From the NCBI GenBank assembly GCA_963718895.1, contig CAVRAG010000008.1, positions 192,001 to 256,000 of the forward strand: a stretch of 64,000 nt of DNA. Reading direction: 5' to 3'. Origin of the DNA: an uncultured Nitrososphaerota archaeon (GTDB lineage: Archaea > Thermoproteota > Nitrososphaeria > Nitrososphaerales > Gagatemarchaeaceae). Positions 40,154 to 50,752 of the stretch are shown here, piece by piece. The notes beneath the pieces are model-generated. The model was not told the origin of the DNA and did not search any database. It saw only the letters and a program-made list of their open reading frames with translations. Numbering within the stretch: the stretch's first letter is position 1; every line of letters starts with the position of its first letter. The position numbers and the translations under genes are program-made.

Positions 40154-40927
40154 ATGGCGATGAATCAGGCCGGGATCAAGAGCGAAGAGAGGCTCATACC
40201 GATAATCAGGGCGGCGCTTGCGAAGAGATTGGCTTCGGAGGGGTTCAAGGTGAAGGAGATCGCTGGAGCCCTTAACGTGACCCCCGCCGCCGTGACCCAG
40301 TACGTCAAGAGCAGGCGAGGAACGAACATAATGTCCGTTGGGAAGGTCGATCAGATCGTAGACCCGCTCGCCGACAAGGTCGCCAAGCGCATCCGTTCAG
40401 GCTCGGGCGGGATAAAGACCGTGGAGCTGCTCGAGACGGCGCGCCAGGTCATGGTCATGAACGCCGGCAAGGAGATAGTCGCCAAAGGTCCGGAGGGCCC
40501 TGAAAAGCATCGCTCGCTCGAGCTACTTAGGGCGCGGCTCCAGCTCGAGCTGGGGGCGGCGGAGAACTACCTCGAACTGGCCAACAAAACCGGTGACGAC
40601 CACACCAAGCTCCTTCTCAGGATGATAGCCTCGGACAGCATCAGGCATGCGGACGTCGTCTCGCAGGTGATCTCCTGGCTGGAGGCGGAGAGCGGGCCCG
40701 GGTTCGAGCTCCCTGGGGAGGAGCTGCTGAAGAGCATGCTGGCCCTCGAGGACTCGGCGAACGAGGTCAACCTGCGCGAGAGCATCAAGGTCGGTCACCC
40801 TGTGGCTCGCCTCCTCCTTGAGTGGATAGACATGGACGAGGCGAAGCACGGCAAGATGGTGCTGGGGATGCTCGGTCTGAACAACGCGCGCCCAGCCGGG
40901 CGCGGCGCCCGACCTAGGCGTGGCTAG
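40154..40927 (+). CDS. HTH + ferritin/rubrerythrin-like domain regulator
   Basis: KVKEIAGALNVTPAAVTQYV HTH; paired helices ending in DSIRH and DEAKH. Confidence 0.75.
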   Translation: MAMNQAGIKSEERLIPIIRAALAKRLASEGFKVKEIAGALNVTPAAVTQYVKSRRGTNIMSVGKVDQIVDPLADKVAKRIRSGSGGIKTVELLETARQVMVMNAGKEIVAKGPEGPEKHRSLELLRARLQLELGAAENYLELANKTGDDHTKLLLRMIASDSIRHADVVSQVISWLEAESGPGFELPGEELLKSMLALEDSANEVNLRESIKVGHPVARLLLEWIDMDEAKHGKMVLGMLGLNNARPAGRGARPRRG

Positions 40928-40986
40928 CGCTGCCCGACTCGGCCAAGACAAACCATTATAATCTCTCAGCTGAAGAGGTCGATGAA

Positions 40987-41514
40987 ATGAAGATAATCCT
41001 GGGCACCTTCAAGGACAACGCCGACGAACTGGCCGAGTTCCTTGAGCCGAGAGTGGGCGCCAAACCGCAGGTGAGTGGAGCGGAACTTACCGTCGAGGAC
41101 GATTCGTTGAAGAAGACCGTGAAGGTACGGCACGTCAAGACGTACGTAAAGCGGTTCCTCTGGAAGAAGGGAGAGAGGAAGAACTACAGGGTCCTGGTCC
41201 AGGGCAAGGAGCTGAGACTGATAGAGCTCGAACCGTCCGAGGCCGAGGAGGAGGAGAGGAAGAAGCTGGAGGAGAAGGAGAAGGAACGGGCAAAGAAGGA
41301 GGAATCCGTCAAGGAGGAGGAGCCCGTCGTGAAGCAGCAGGAACCTGAGACGAAGAAGGAGGAAGTCCCGCAGCCGGAGGAGGCGAAGCCCGAGCCTGCC
41401 GCCTTGGAGGAAGAAGAGAAGCCCGCCGCCCCGAAGGAGACTAGGAAGAGGGCGAAGAAGTCGACGAAGAAGAGCGCCGAGAAAGCGCAGCCTGCCGCTT
41501 CTCCCTCGACCTGA
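40987..41514 (+). CDS. eL22-like ribosomal protein with a long E/K/P-rich tail
   Basis: ELAEFLEPRV...RHVKTYVKRFLWKKGERKNYRVL parallels eL22 FEQFLQERI...RYLKYLTKKYLKK...LRVV. Confidence 0.65.
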   Translation: MKIILGTFKDNADELAEFLEPRVGAKPQVSGAELTVEDDSLKKTVKVRHVKTYVKRFLWKKGERKNYRVLVQGKELRLIELEPSEAEEEERKKLEEKEKERAKKEESVKEEEPVVKQQEPETKKEEVPQPEEAKPEPAALEEEEKPAAPKETRKRAKKSTKKSAEKAQPAASPST

Positions 41515-41866
41515 CGCGTCCCAGCTCCGCGAGGTAAGCCCGCAGGGAAGTCCTCGCCCCCCGCAACGACTCGAGCCCTTCAGCCGTCTTCCGTGACTGA
41601 ACCAAGACGCCTGCTCGCCTCATCTGCTCGAGGGCGGTTTCGAGGAACTCCTCAGGCCGCTTGGACCTAGGCAGCTCCGTGAAGGCGCCGGGCCTCTCTG
41701 TGCCGAGCCTCAGCTTCAGTTTGGCCACAGCCCTCTCGGTCCTGGCGTAGATGACCCAGATGTCATTCTCCGCCGGCGAACCTCCGACTGCGCTGCCGAG
41801 CGAATCGGTGAGAGCGGCAATCTCGACCTTCAGGTCGTCCGATTGCAACCGGGCTCTTCGCCGCAT
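41441..41866 (-). CDS. Hypothetical protein
   Basis: 141-aa helical ORF filling the gap between genes. Confidence 0.55.
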   Translation of the reverse strand: MRRRARLQSDDLKVEIAALTDSLGSAVGGSPAENDIWVIYARTERAVAKLKLRLGTERPGAFTELPRSKRPEEFLETALEQMRRAGVLVQSRKTAEGLESLRGARTSLRAYLAELGRVRSREKRQAALSRRSSSSTSSPSS

Positions 41867-41948
41867 GTTGTAGTCGTGCCGGAGACCCCGGCTATTTTGA
41901 TTTTCCAGTCAGAACCTTATTAAATCCCAGAACCGACGGGCGGCCAAG

Positions 41949-42632
41949 TTGCCCCCCAGGAAGGAAGCTCGCAGGATAATCGGAGGGTGTTTTGTTAAGC
42001 TTGGCGGGCTGATGGAACTAGGGCGTCTGGCCTGTGCCCTTGAGCGGGCGCAACTTCCGATCTTCATGTCGAAGGTAGGCCAGAAGACGAGGCTATCGGT
42101 CCAGAACGACCTGTTCATGGGGGTGCCGATCTTCTACTATGCAGAAGCAGACAAGGGAGGGGAGTTCCTTGCATACAGGAACGCGGGCGAGATAGAGGAG
42201 GTGCAGCTCGTCGAGTCTGCGTCGACCCCGTCCTACATCTACTCGCCGATCATCCACGTACTGAAGATGCCCAGCATCCTCGAGCACAAGCGGGAGTTCC
42301 ACCAAAAGTTCCTGGCCGCAGAGGTCGCAGACCTCGCTTCCCTCGTGAAGCTGGCCACCTACAAGATGCTCTACGAGGAGCCGCCCCTTCCGCTGTACTC
42401 CTTCAAGAACGGGACGAGCTGGATAGTGGGTTCATTCGCCCGTCTGGACGACTTCGAGGAGGCGTCGCTGTTCTTCTACACGAGGATGAAGGAGGAGCCC
42501 TCCATGGGGTTCGTGAAGTACTCGCCGGCGAACATAGGCGACACGAGCTTCAGCAAGAGGACAGACGAGCACGGCTTCTACTACGTCAAGGTCATCAAGC
42601 TGGCGGAGAAACACCCGCTGGTGGAGTTCTAG
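41949..42632 (+). CDS. Hypothetical protein, translationally coupled to pyrF
   Basis: Strong coding-type codon bias; stop overlaps the pyrF start. Confidence 0.75.
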   Translation: MPPRKEARRIIGGCFVKLGGLMELGRLACALERAQLPIFMSKVGQKTRLSVQNDLFMGVPIFYYAEADKGGEFLAYRNAGEIEEVQLVESASTPSYIYSPIIHVLKMPSILEHKREFHQKFLAAEVADLASLVKLATYKMLYEEPPLPLYSFKNGTSWIVGSFARLDDFEEASLFFYTRMKEEPSMGFVKYSPANIGDTSFSKRTDEHGFYYVKVIKLAEKHPLVEF

Positions 42633-43366
42633 TGCGGTTCGGGGACAGGCTGAGAGACTCCTCGAAGAAACACGGAAGCAGGATCATCCTTGCCCTGGAC
42701 GTCACGGGACCCCAGGCCACGAGGGCGGCCAGGGCCGAGTCGCTGCTCCGCGAGCTCGGCGACTCCCTGGCTGGCGTCAAGGTCAACTTCCAGCTCCTCC
42801 TCCCTCAGGGACTGCAGGGTCTGGCGGGGGTGGTCAAGGTCTGCTCCGAGAAGGGGATTCCCCTGATCGCGGACATCAAGCTCAACGACATCGAGTCGAC
42901 GAACCTCGAGACGGTAGAGATGCTGTTCGGCGGCGGATTCGATGCGGTGATCGCCAACCCGTTCACCGGCCACAACGAGGGGCTCTCCAAGGTGATAGCG
43001 AGGGCCAAGGCGCTCGATAAGGGCGTGATACTCCTGGTGTACATGAGCCATGCCGGCGCCGAGGAGGGGTACGGGCTCAAGGTCGGCGAGGAGCCGATGT
43101 ACATGCTCTTCGCAAGGAAGGTGCGGGACTGGGAGGCAGACGGCGCCATCGTCTCGGCGAAGTCGCTCGACATAATCAGGGAGGTGAGGAGGACCCTCGA
43201 CCCCTGGCAGGTCATCCTGAGCCCAGGCATCGGCTTTCAGGGTGGCGAGGCGGATCGGGCGGTCAAGGCAGGGACCGACTTCGCCATCGTCGGCCGTTCG
43301 ATAATAGACGCCAAGACCCCCCGGGCGATGCTCCGGGAGCTCAACCTCTCGGTCACCGATTCCTGA
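42632..43366 (+). CDS. pyrF: Orotidine 5'-phosphate decarboxylase
   Basis: ILALD, ADIKLNDI, SPGIGFQGG and IVGRSI motifs. Confidence 0.93.
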   Translation: MRFGDRLRDSSKKHGSRIILALDVTGPQATRAARAESLLRELGDSLAGVKVNFQLLLPQGLQGLAGVVKVCSEKGIPLIADIKLNDIESTNLETVEMLFGGGFDAVIANPFTGHNEGLSKVIARAKALDKGVILLVYMSHAGAEEGYGLKVGEEPMYMLFARKVRDWEADGAIVSAKSLDIIREVRRTLDPWQVILSPGIGFQGGEADRAVKAGTDFAIVGRSIIDAKTPRAMLRELNLSVTDS

Positions 43367-43775
43367 GCGAGTCTTCGGCTGCGCGGAGGAGCATCGTCGA
43401 GTTCGCGTAGGTGACCACCTTGAGCGCCTCCTCGTGGCCGAGCCAGGTGTAGTCCCTGTGCTCGAACGAGAGGACGACCTTGTCCTCCTTCGACTCTGCC
43501 AGGAAGAAGGTTACTTCCTTGTGGACCGTCCTCCCGTCCCGCTTGTAGTAGTACTCGATGACCTTCCTGAACCCTGCGACGGGGACGATGTTAACCAGTC
43601 CGGTCTCCTCGCGCACCTCGCGGAGCATGGTCTGCTCGGGAGTTTCGCCTTCCTCGATGTTCCCCTTCGGGAAGTCCCAGTGTCCGGCGGGATACTTCAA
43701 GAGGAGGTAGCGTCTGCCCGCCGGCGTCTCGTGGAAGACGAGGGCCCCGGCCGAGCGCTCCTCGGGGTGGCTCAA
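43353..43775 (-). CDS. Nudix hydrolase (Ap4A hydrolase-like)
   Basis: WDFPKGNIEEGETPEQTMLREVREETG Nudix box; LSFEH. Confidence 0.9.
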   Translation of the reverse strand: MSHPEERSAGALVFHETPAGRRYLLLKYPAGHWDFPKGNIEEGETPEQTMLREVREETGLVNIVPVAGFRKVIEYYYKRDGRTVHKEVTFFLAESKEDKVVLSFEHRDYTWLGHEEALKVVTYANSTMLLRAAEDSLRNR

Positions 43776-43815
43776 GGGCTCCGCCCTGATCCGGCCGCGC
43801 GGGCGCCCACGGGGG

Positions 43816-46518
43816 TCAAGCCTGGACGGCAGGATTGATTCTCCGCCTCATGTAGACGAGTCCGGCGAAGGCGATGAGAACCGCGATCACTATGGGGATG
43901 GTGTACCTCGTGGTTACATCGACCCCTACAGTGACGGACTGCTTCGGGGCCACCCCGTTGAGGGAGAACCCCTGGTAGTGGAAGCTGAGCTGGGACGAGC
44001 TGGTCTCGAATGTTAGGCCCGTCGAGGTCACGAGGGTGACCTGGACGGTCTGGTTGGCGTCGGGCCCCAGTGAGGGCAGCGATACGGTCACGGTCCGCCC
44101 TGAGACCTGTGCCCCCGAGACCACGGTCAGCCCGGACGGGAGCGTGAACGTGTAGGTCAGGTCCGAGACGGGGACGCTCGCCGTGTTCGCCAGGGTTATC
44201 GAGAGCGTGAAGTCATGTTCCTCTTCGGGGGTCGGCGGGCTGGTCGAGACGGTGGCTGTGACCGGCTTGAAGACCTCCATGTACGCAGTGGAGGAAGTGA
44301 GCGTGGCCGTCAGTCCGCCGTACACGAGGGAGACGGTGGCCGGGGACGCTGATGAGTTACCGGAAGCAAGGCTGGTCAGCGCGACTGTGTAGTTGAAACT
44401 CTCGGATTGCTTCGGGGCCAGTGTCGCGTAGGTCTTGACGGTTGTTGAGCCGCCTGGGATGGAGTCGAAAATGTCCTGAGTCGAGCTGAGGGTTGCGTTG
44501 AAGACGGGGCCCGACCCCAGGTTGGTCATGCCCAGAGACACAGAGGAGGTCATCCCAGGGAAGCCCTCGCCCAGCCCGAACGACTTGGTGAGGACCATCC
44601 CGGCCGGAATCACGAATGCCCCCCCGAAGGTGTGGAGCGTCGCGCCCTCGAACGTGGTAGCGACCGATCCTGGCGGGATGACGAAGTTGTCCTGGCTGAA
44701 CCTCAATTGCAGCGTGTTGAGCTGCGCGTTCTGCGTGGTGAGGCTGGCGACGGTCATCGTGTACGTGCTCCCGGAGCAGCTGCCCGTGGAGTTTCCCTTG
44801 ATGACCGTACAGGAGACGCCTGACGGTAGCACGTCGGTCCCGGTGACCGACCCCGAGGTCGCCGAACCCTTGTTCGAGAAGGTGTAGGTCACGTCGAGGA
44901 GTCGCGATTGGATCGAGCCTGCGGTTAGGGTTTCATTCGTCGCCAGCTGGATGAAGGGGATGACCATCGCCGAATGGGAGAACAGGAGAGAGACCGAGTT
45001 CGAGGTTATGTTCACAGTCTGCTGGGCGGAATTCGTGAACACGACCGGAAAGGTCTGAGTGAAGTTCGTCCGTGCGAGATTGGTCAACGTGACTGGAATG
45101 TTCACGGTCTGAGAGCCTCCCGCCGGCAGGCTCTGGATCGAGGTGCCCCCGACCCGCACGTTGATCGCAGGCGAGTTTCCGCTGTTTGTCAGCGTCACTG
45201 TGTAGTTTCCGGCCGTCCCGAGCGGTGCGCCCGAGGAGATCGAGGGCCGGGCTGTCACGACTAAAGCCGGACCCACGTTGTTGATCTGCAGGACGGCCTG
45301 GTTGAGCGTCACCCCGCTGCGATAGCTGGACCCTGAGAGCGTATACAGAAAACTGGCCCTCGACGCAGGGACGGTGACCTGTGTGCTTGAACCGGACACG
45401 ACCTGGAGAAAGTACGACTTTGTGACGTTCTGCCCAGCGCTGACAAGGGGAATCGTGAAGCTGTAGTTTCCGCTCACGAACTTGAAGACGCTCGAGTACG
45501 ACTGCCACCAGTTGTCGTTGACGGTGACGTTCTGGATTGAGCCGGTCGCGGCCGTGTCCTTGATGACTATCGTCACGGCGAGGGACTGATTCGCCGTCAG
45601 GGTTCCACGGTCGAACTCGCGGTACGCGATCGCCGTCGGCGCCAGGGAGGTCACGGTGGCGTTGGGCCTAACGACAGCCCCCGGACTCACGCTCAGCGTG
45701 TAGGTGCCGCTGAAGGCGGAGGCCACGTTGGCGACGGTCGCCTTGGAGTCGCTCGACTGGATCACCCCGTCGAGGGAGTGGATGACTACCTCGCTGGATG
45801 ACGAGGACGTCGATGTGGTGAGGTTGCCACCGGAGTTTGAGAGGATCCCAGGCAGATTGATCGCACCGCTCGAAGTGATGATGCTCGATGACGCGGCGCC
45901 GATCGTTATCGAGTGACTGAAACCAGTCCCGTTGTTGGAACCCGAGAGCGAGATGGAGGGCATCGCCAGTCCTGTGAGCGTCGCCTCGGTTACGAAGGTC
46001 GAGAATCCTTTCATCGCGGTCGGGAGGAGCCTGAAGAGCACCGGCGCCGCGACCCCGACGAAGTTGACTGGTGCGAAGTAGACGTAAGACCCGGACCCGG
46101 ACGAGACGAGCGTAAAGCCGGTGGCGAACCGACTGGCGAAGTAGGAGACCAGCGGCGAAGCTGCGGAGGCGCTGGAGGCGTTCACCGTGAGGAAGAGGCC
46201 CTGGGCGGGCATCGACGGGACCTTGAGCACGTTGTATCCGTCGAGACCGAAGACCTGGAAGTCCGAGACCGCCGACTGGGTGCTCATCGCGAGGAGCCGG
46301 TAGGAGCTAAGCCCCGCCGAGGCCTCGGCTGCGGTCAGGTTCGCCGGCGCTGAGCTCAGCCGGTCCATGGTCATGAACCAGTAGGCGCTCGAGCCCGCTG
46401 TATAGACATCGACCTTCTCCGAGTACTGACTCTGGGCGCTGACAGGGGCCAAGACGAGGACCGGAGCCAGAGCGAGAGAGAGGACTAACGCCAGCACAAT
46501 TGTCTCTCCGGCTTTCAT
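43816..46518 (-). CDS. Large secreted S/T-rich multi-Ig-like (DUF11/CARDB-type) surface protein
   Basis: Signal peptide, repeated TxTLTNSG beta-sandwich units, many N-x-S/T sites, C-terminal TM followed by RRR. Confidence 0.75.
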   Translation of the reverse strand: MKAGETIVLALVLSLALAPVLVLAPVSAQSQYSEKVDVYTAGSSAYWFMTMDRLSSAPANLTAAEASAGLSSYRLLAMSTQSAVSDFQVFGLDGYNVLKVPSMPAQGLFLTVNASSASAASPLVSYFASRFATGFTLVSSGSGSYVYFAPVNFVGVAAPVLFRLLPTAMKGFSTFVTEATLTGLAMPSISLSGSNNGTGFSHSITIGAASSSIITSSGAINLPGILSNSGGNLTTSTSSSSSEVVIHSLDGVIQSSDSKATVANVASAFSGTYTLSVSPGAVVRPNATVTSLAPTAIAYREFDRGTLTANQSLAVTIVIKDTAATGSIQNVTVNDNWWQSYSSVFKFVSGNYSFTIPLVSAGQNVTKSYFLQVVSGSSTQVTVPASRASFLYTLSGSSYRSGVTLNQAVLQINNVGPALVVTARPSISSGAPLGTAGNYTVTLTNSGNSPAINVRVGGTSIQSLPAGGSQTVNIPVTLTNLARTNFTQTFPVVFTNSAQQTVNITSNSVSLLFSHSAMVIPFIQLATNETLTAGSIQSRLLDVTYTFSNKGSATSGSVTGTDVLPSGVSCTVIKGNSTGSCSGSTYTMTVASLTTQNAQLNTLQLRFSQDNFVIPPGSVATTFEGATLHTFGGAFVIPAGMVLTKSFGLGEGFPGMTSSVSLGMTNLGSGPVFNATLSSTQDIFDSIPGGSTTVKTYATLAPKQSESFNYTVALTSLASGNSSASPATVSLVYGGLTATLTSSTAYMEVFKPVTATVSTSPPTPEEEHDFTLSITLANTASVPVSDLTYTFTLPSGLTVVSGAQVSGRTVTVSLPSLGPDANQTVQVTLVTSTGLTFETSSSQLSFHYQGFSLNGVAPKQSVTVGVDVTTRYTIPIVIAVLIAFAGLVYMRRRINPAVQA

Positions 46519-46568
46519 GAAGGGTCTCGCCGCCCAAAGCACGATATTAAACCGTTACCCGAAGATGG

Positions 46569-47582
46569 TTACTTCCTCTTGGAAGTCTCTTCCGAGGGGT
46601 CGTCGATGCCCCTCTCGTTCAGCATGAAGACGGCGTCCCGCTCCGGGTGGTACGGGCTGTCGATCATCCTGGCGATCCGGTTCTTGCCTGCCTTCCTCAG
46701 GTAGATCCTGTAGGTGCTGGTGTGCGCGACCACGTGACCCCCGGTCGCCCTCGTCGGGTCCCCGAAGAAGCTGTCCGGCGCGGACTGCACCTGGTTGGTC
46801 ATGACGACGGCGATGTTGTAGACCTCGGCCGTGCGGAGGAGGTTGTGCATGAAGCGGTTCAGCCTCTGCTGCCTCTCTGCCAGTGTGCCCCGGCCGAGGA
46901 ACTCGGCGCGGTAGTGGGCGACCGCGCTGTCGACTATCACGAGTTTCACCTTGTGCTTCTCTATCATCCTCCCGAGGTCCTTCACGATGAGCTCCTGGTG
47001 CGCGCTGTTGTAGGCACGCGCGACCATGATCCTCGAGAGGATGTCCTCGGGATTGAACCCGCGGTTCTGGGCGATCTCCATGATCCTCTCCGGGCGGAAC
47101 GTCCCCTCGGTGTCGATGTAGACGACACCGCCGTCCAGGCCTCCTTCGGGTATGGGCTGCTGCACGGTGCAGCACAGGGTGTGGCAGATCTGCGTCTTCC
47201 CCGCGCCGAACTCCCCGTAGAACTCCGTGATCGCCCAGGTCTCGATGCCACCGCCCAGGAGGTCGTCGATGTTCTTGGACCCCGTGCTTATCCTGGTTAT
47301 GTTCCTTCTCCGGGTGAGAAGGTCCGTAGCGCTGACGAAGTCGGGCTCCAGCCGGCCCAGCTCGACGAGCCTCTTCCTCGCCTTGTTGTTGACCTCGACA
47401 GATTTCGTGATGTCCCAGTCTGTCGCGTCGGCAATCTCCGCGGGCCCGGAGGTCGCGAGATCGAGAATCGTGAATATCCCAGCTTCGTTCAGCTTCTGCT
47501 TGGTCACAGCGCCGACCCCGGCAATCGTGGTCACGTCCAGCTCTTCGTCGACCGCGTCTTCAGCCTTCTCTTCCTCTACCAT
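46569..47582 (-). CDS. radA: DNA repair and recombination protein RadA
   Basis: [32 protein letters not shown] and GGHVVAH motifs. Confidence 0.97.
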   Translation of the reverse strand: MVEEEKAEDAVDEELDVTTIAGVGAVTKQKLNEAGIFTILDLATSGPAEIADATDWDITKSVEVNNKARKRLVELGRLEPDFVSATDLLTRRRNITRISTGSKNIDDLLGGGIETWAITEFYGEFGAGKTQICHTLCCTVQQPIPEGGLDGGVVYIDTEGTFRPERIMEIAQNRGFNPEDILSRIMVARAYNSAHQELIVKDLGRMIEKHKVKLVIVDSAVAHYRAEFLGRGTLAERQQRLNRFMHNLLRTAEVYNIAVVMTNQVQSAPDSFFGDPTRATGGHVVAHTSTYRIYLRKAGKNRIARMIDSPYHPERDAVFMLNERGIDDPSEETSKRK

Positions 47583-47633
47583 TTCGTTTTTTCTGCCCGG
47601 GTGAGCGTAAATAAGCGTGGCGGTGATCAGGGC

Positions 47634-48936
47634 CTAGGGGGAGACACGGGTCGTCGTACGTGGAAACAGGCTCGCCCCCCGAATGTGCTTGAGCCCCGCG
47701 AGCCAGCGGGTCACCCTCTCGACGCCCATCCCGAACCCCGCGTGGTCTGGCATCCCGTACTTCCTGAGGTCAAGGTACCACCCGAACGCTTCGGTGGGCA
47801 GGTCCTGGCTCTTGATCCTCTCCATGAGCACCTCGTAGCTCGCGATGCGCTGCCCGCCGGTAGCGAGCTCCCCGAACCCTTCGGGGGCTATCAGGTCCGC
47901 GGACTTCGTCACCTTCGGCCTATCGGGATATGTCATGTGGTAGAAGCTTCTTGCCGAGAGCGGGTAGTCGGTTATGAAGAACGGGCGCTCCCGCGAGAGG
48001 GAGACCAGCCTCTCCACCTCTGTCGGCACGTCCTCCCCCCACTCGAAAGGCAGCCCCTTCTTCTCGGCGAAGTCTCGCACCTCGTCGTAGGGGACCCTCT
48101 CGAACGGGAGCGGAGGTTCCGAGATGACCCGTCCGAGCAGCTTCAGCTCGTCCGAACGGTTCTGGATGACCCTCCTCGTGATGGAGGAGAGGAGGCCCTC
48201 CTGGAGGGACATGTTGTCGGACTGGTCTGCGAAGGCCTGCTCCGCCTCGATCATCCAGAACTCCGTAAGGTGCTTGGGGGTCCTCGACTTCTCGGCCCGG
48301 AACGCGGGCTGGTAGATCCAGACCTTCTCGAGCGCCGCCAGGGCCGCCTCCTCGTAGAACTGGGCGCTCTGGCTGAGGAAGACCTTCTTCCCGAAGTAGT
48401 CGACGCCGAAGAGCGTCGAGCCGCCCTCGACCGCCGCCTGGACGAAGCTGGGCGCGCTGATGAGTGTGAACCCGTTTTCCCTGAAATAGTCGAAGGTAGC
48501 GCAGACGACCTCGTTCCGGATCTTCATGGTCGCGGCGACCTTCCTGCTCCTGATGCTCAGATGGCGGATGTCGTACAGGTAGGACGCGGACTTTGCGGCT
48601 GTCTTGGTAATCGGCCAGGTCTCCGCCTTCGAGAGGACAGAGAAGCCGCGGACTGAGATCTCCTTTCCACCGGGAGCGCGCGCCGTCAACCCGGACCACC
48701 CCATCCACGGAGACCGCCGACTCCTTCGTCGCGGACTTTATCGCGTCCATCGAATCGGGGGGAGTGACCCCTCCCTTTGCAGAGACCTGGATGTACCCTG
48801 TCCCGTCCCTCACGACCGCGAAGACCAGCCCTCCGATGGCGTTCTTCGTGGCTATCCAGCCGTTGATCTCGACCCTCTCGCCGGCCTCGGATCCGAAGAC
48901 CTGCCGGATCCGCAGACGCCTCGCCTGGCTCTCCAC
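47634..48936 (-). CDS. asnS: Asparaginyl-tRNA synthetase (1-nt frameshift near 48685)
   Basis: OB domain VRDGTGYIQV; LSQSAQ, FRAEKSRT..HLTEFW and HAGFGMGVER motifs. Confidence 0.85.
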
Positions 48937-49001
48937 TTGCGTCGCTCCGGTGGACGGGACGGTAATCCGCTTAAAAACGTCGTGCACGCGCAGGTGCCGT
49001 C

Positions 49002-49997
49002 TTGAAACCTGCGGCCATAGTCGGGTGGACCGGGAACGGCTCGCTGGACGATCTCGCGAGGACCGCCCTCGGCAAGCTCCCAGGTAGCGGTGCCGGCGTG
49101 ACGAAGGAAGCCGGATCGCTCATGATCAGCGGGGAAGACCCAATCGTCGTCGCGAGGAGGTTGGCGCACCTTCCCGGAGTCGCCTGGGTCGCTGTCGGCT
49201 TCGAGTTCGACAATTCCGCCGGGCTCCTCTCGAGGCTCGGGACGCTTGCAGTGAGATACCTCGAGCCGGGGGCGAGCTTCAAGGTGAGCGTAGAGGCCGA
49301 GGCGAGCGGGAGGGAGGAGGGGGACGTTCTGATGGAGGCGACCTCTGCCCTCCTCAAGGCAGCGAAGGGGGCCCGCGTCGACGAGAGGAACCCCAGCGTG
49401 TGGTTCCGTCTGATGATGGCAAAGGACGGCGGTGCGTGCGGGGTTCAGCTCAGAGAAGGCGTCGGAGGCGTCCCGACGGCGCGGGCGATGAAGGCGGCGT
49501 GCCTAGTCTCCGGCGGGTATCACAGCGCGGTCACGGCCTGGATGGCCGCTCTCTCAGGATACTCGCTTACGCTCGTCCACGCCAGGGACGACGACGAGTC
49601 GCTGAGACAGGTGGCGAGGCTCTACGCAGAACTCTCTACCAGGATGGACTCCTCTTCTCTCGCCCTCGAGGTTCTTGAGGGTCAAGGCCCAGCCGGTGAC
49701 AGGGTCGCCACCTGGCTCGGGGCTTTCAGAGGTGAGGCCTTCACCGGAGTCCACCCTGAGTGCAGAGGCATGGCCGGGTTGAGGCTCCTCCGTCCATACC
49801 AGTCCGCGCTCTTCCCCATGCTGCTCCTGCAGGAAGGGGAGGTCAGGACGAGGTTTGACGAGCTCGGGCTGCGGGGGAAGCCGACGGACCGGGTAGCGCG
49901 GCTCAAGTTCTCCCGCAGGAAGGCGAGCTATAGGGTCAAGAGGTTCTCCGGAAGGGAGGCAGACCAGAACGCGGTTCTCGACTCGATCTCGGCCTAG
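49002..49997 (+). CDS. THUMP-domain ThiI-like protein with a degenerate PP-loop
   Basis: LAHLPGVAW, FKV, GVGGVP and CLVSGGYHS (canonical SGGxDS). Confidence 0.6.
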   Translation: MKPAAIVGWTGNGSLDDLARTALGKLPGSGAGVTKEAGSLMISGEDPIVVARRLAHLPGVAWVAVGFEFDNSAGLLSRLGTLAVRYLEPGASFKVSVEAEASGREEGDVLMEATSALLKAAKGARVDERNPSVWFRLMMAKDGGACGVQLREGVGGVPTARAMKAACLVSGGYHSAVTAWMAALSGYSLTLVHARDDDESLRQVARLYAELSTRMDSSSLALEVLEGQGPAGDRVATWLGAFRGEAFTGVHPECRGMAGLRLLRPYQSALFPMLLLQEGEVRTRFDELGLRGKPTDRVARLKFSRRKASYRVKRFSGREADQNAVLDSISA

Positions 49998-50119
49998 TCA
50001 GCTCTTGAGCGCCTTGACGACGGCTCGGGCAGCCTCAGACTAGCTGGGCCAAGCTGTGAGGGCAGCGGACCTTGCGCCTCTTGTCACCCGAGGGGGAGAC
50101 CGGCGTCAACTCTCTCCGT

Positions 50120-50722
50120 CTATTCCTGTTCTCTCTTGACCTTCCCTCTGGGGGAGGTCTCGGAGAAGACCTCGGCCTGGAACCTCTGGACCGATACCTT
50201 GTCCTTCATCCAGGCGTCTGCGGGGAGGCCTGCCTTGAGACAGGTCTGGGTGAGGAAGTCCCTCGACGAGAGCCTGTACTCCGTCGCGACCTGCGGAAGG
50301 AGCAGCCCGCTCCTGCCCGAAGAGGAGATTATCAACCCGTCCACGCCTACCCGAATGTGCTTCTGGAGCTCCTCGGCCGAAGCGTACTCGACCTTCTCGG
50401 GCTTCGTCAACGCGCTCACCTCCACTAGGAGCCCGTCGAGCTCGCGTGGCTCGACCTTGGGGAAGCGCGGGTCGTACGCCGCCGCGCTCATGGCGGCTTC
50501 CATCACGGCCTCGCCGAGCTGCTTGACCGGATAGGGGAATCCGATGCATCCCCTGAGCTCGCCGTCTAGTCTCTTCAGCGTCACGAAGGTGCCTCGCGTC
50601 TCGCGCAGGAAGGGCTCGTTCCAGTACTCCGGATTCGCGATATCGTCTCCCCTTACGAAGGCATCGACGGTCGTCCGTGCGAGTCTGACAAGTTCTTGGC
50701 CTTGCTCCTTCGTCAGAGCCAT
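50120..50722 (-). CDS. AMMECR1 family protein
   Basis: GTFVTL, LRGCIG, DPRF and GLLLPQV motifs. Confidence 0.92.
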   Translation of the reverse strand: MALTKEQGQELVRLARTTVDAFVRGDDIANPEYWNEPFLRETRGTFVTLKRLDGELRGCIGFPYPVKQLGEAVMEAAMSAAAYDPRFPKVEPRELDGLLVEVSALTKPEKVEYASAEELQKHIRVGVDGLIISSSGRSGLLLPQVATEYRLSSRDFLTQTCLKAGLPADAWMKDKVSVQRFQAEVFSETSPRGKVKREQE

Positions 50723-50752
50723 GGTGAGAGAAGCCGTTCAGAGGTTAAATTG

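Noticed and set aside
46647-48656. 669-aa plus-strand ORF and many other long antisense ORFs
   Set aside because: These are antisense shadows of radA/asnS and other genes caused by high GC3; they show no protein motifs.
49998-50115. Nested inverted repeats and a broken small ORF between the ThiI-like and AMMECR1 genes
   Set aside because: The stems are short, there is no recognisable family, and it cannot be separated from chance or a tiny gene remnant.
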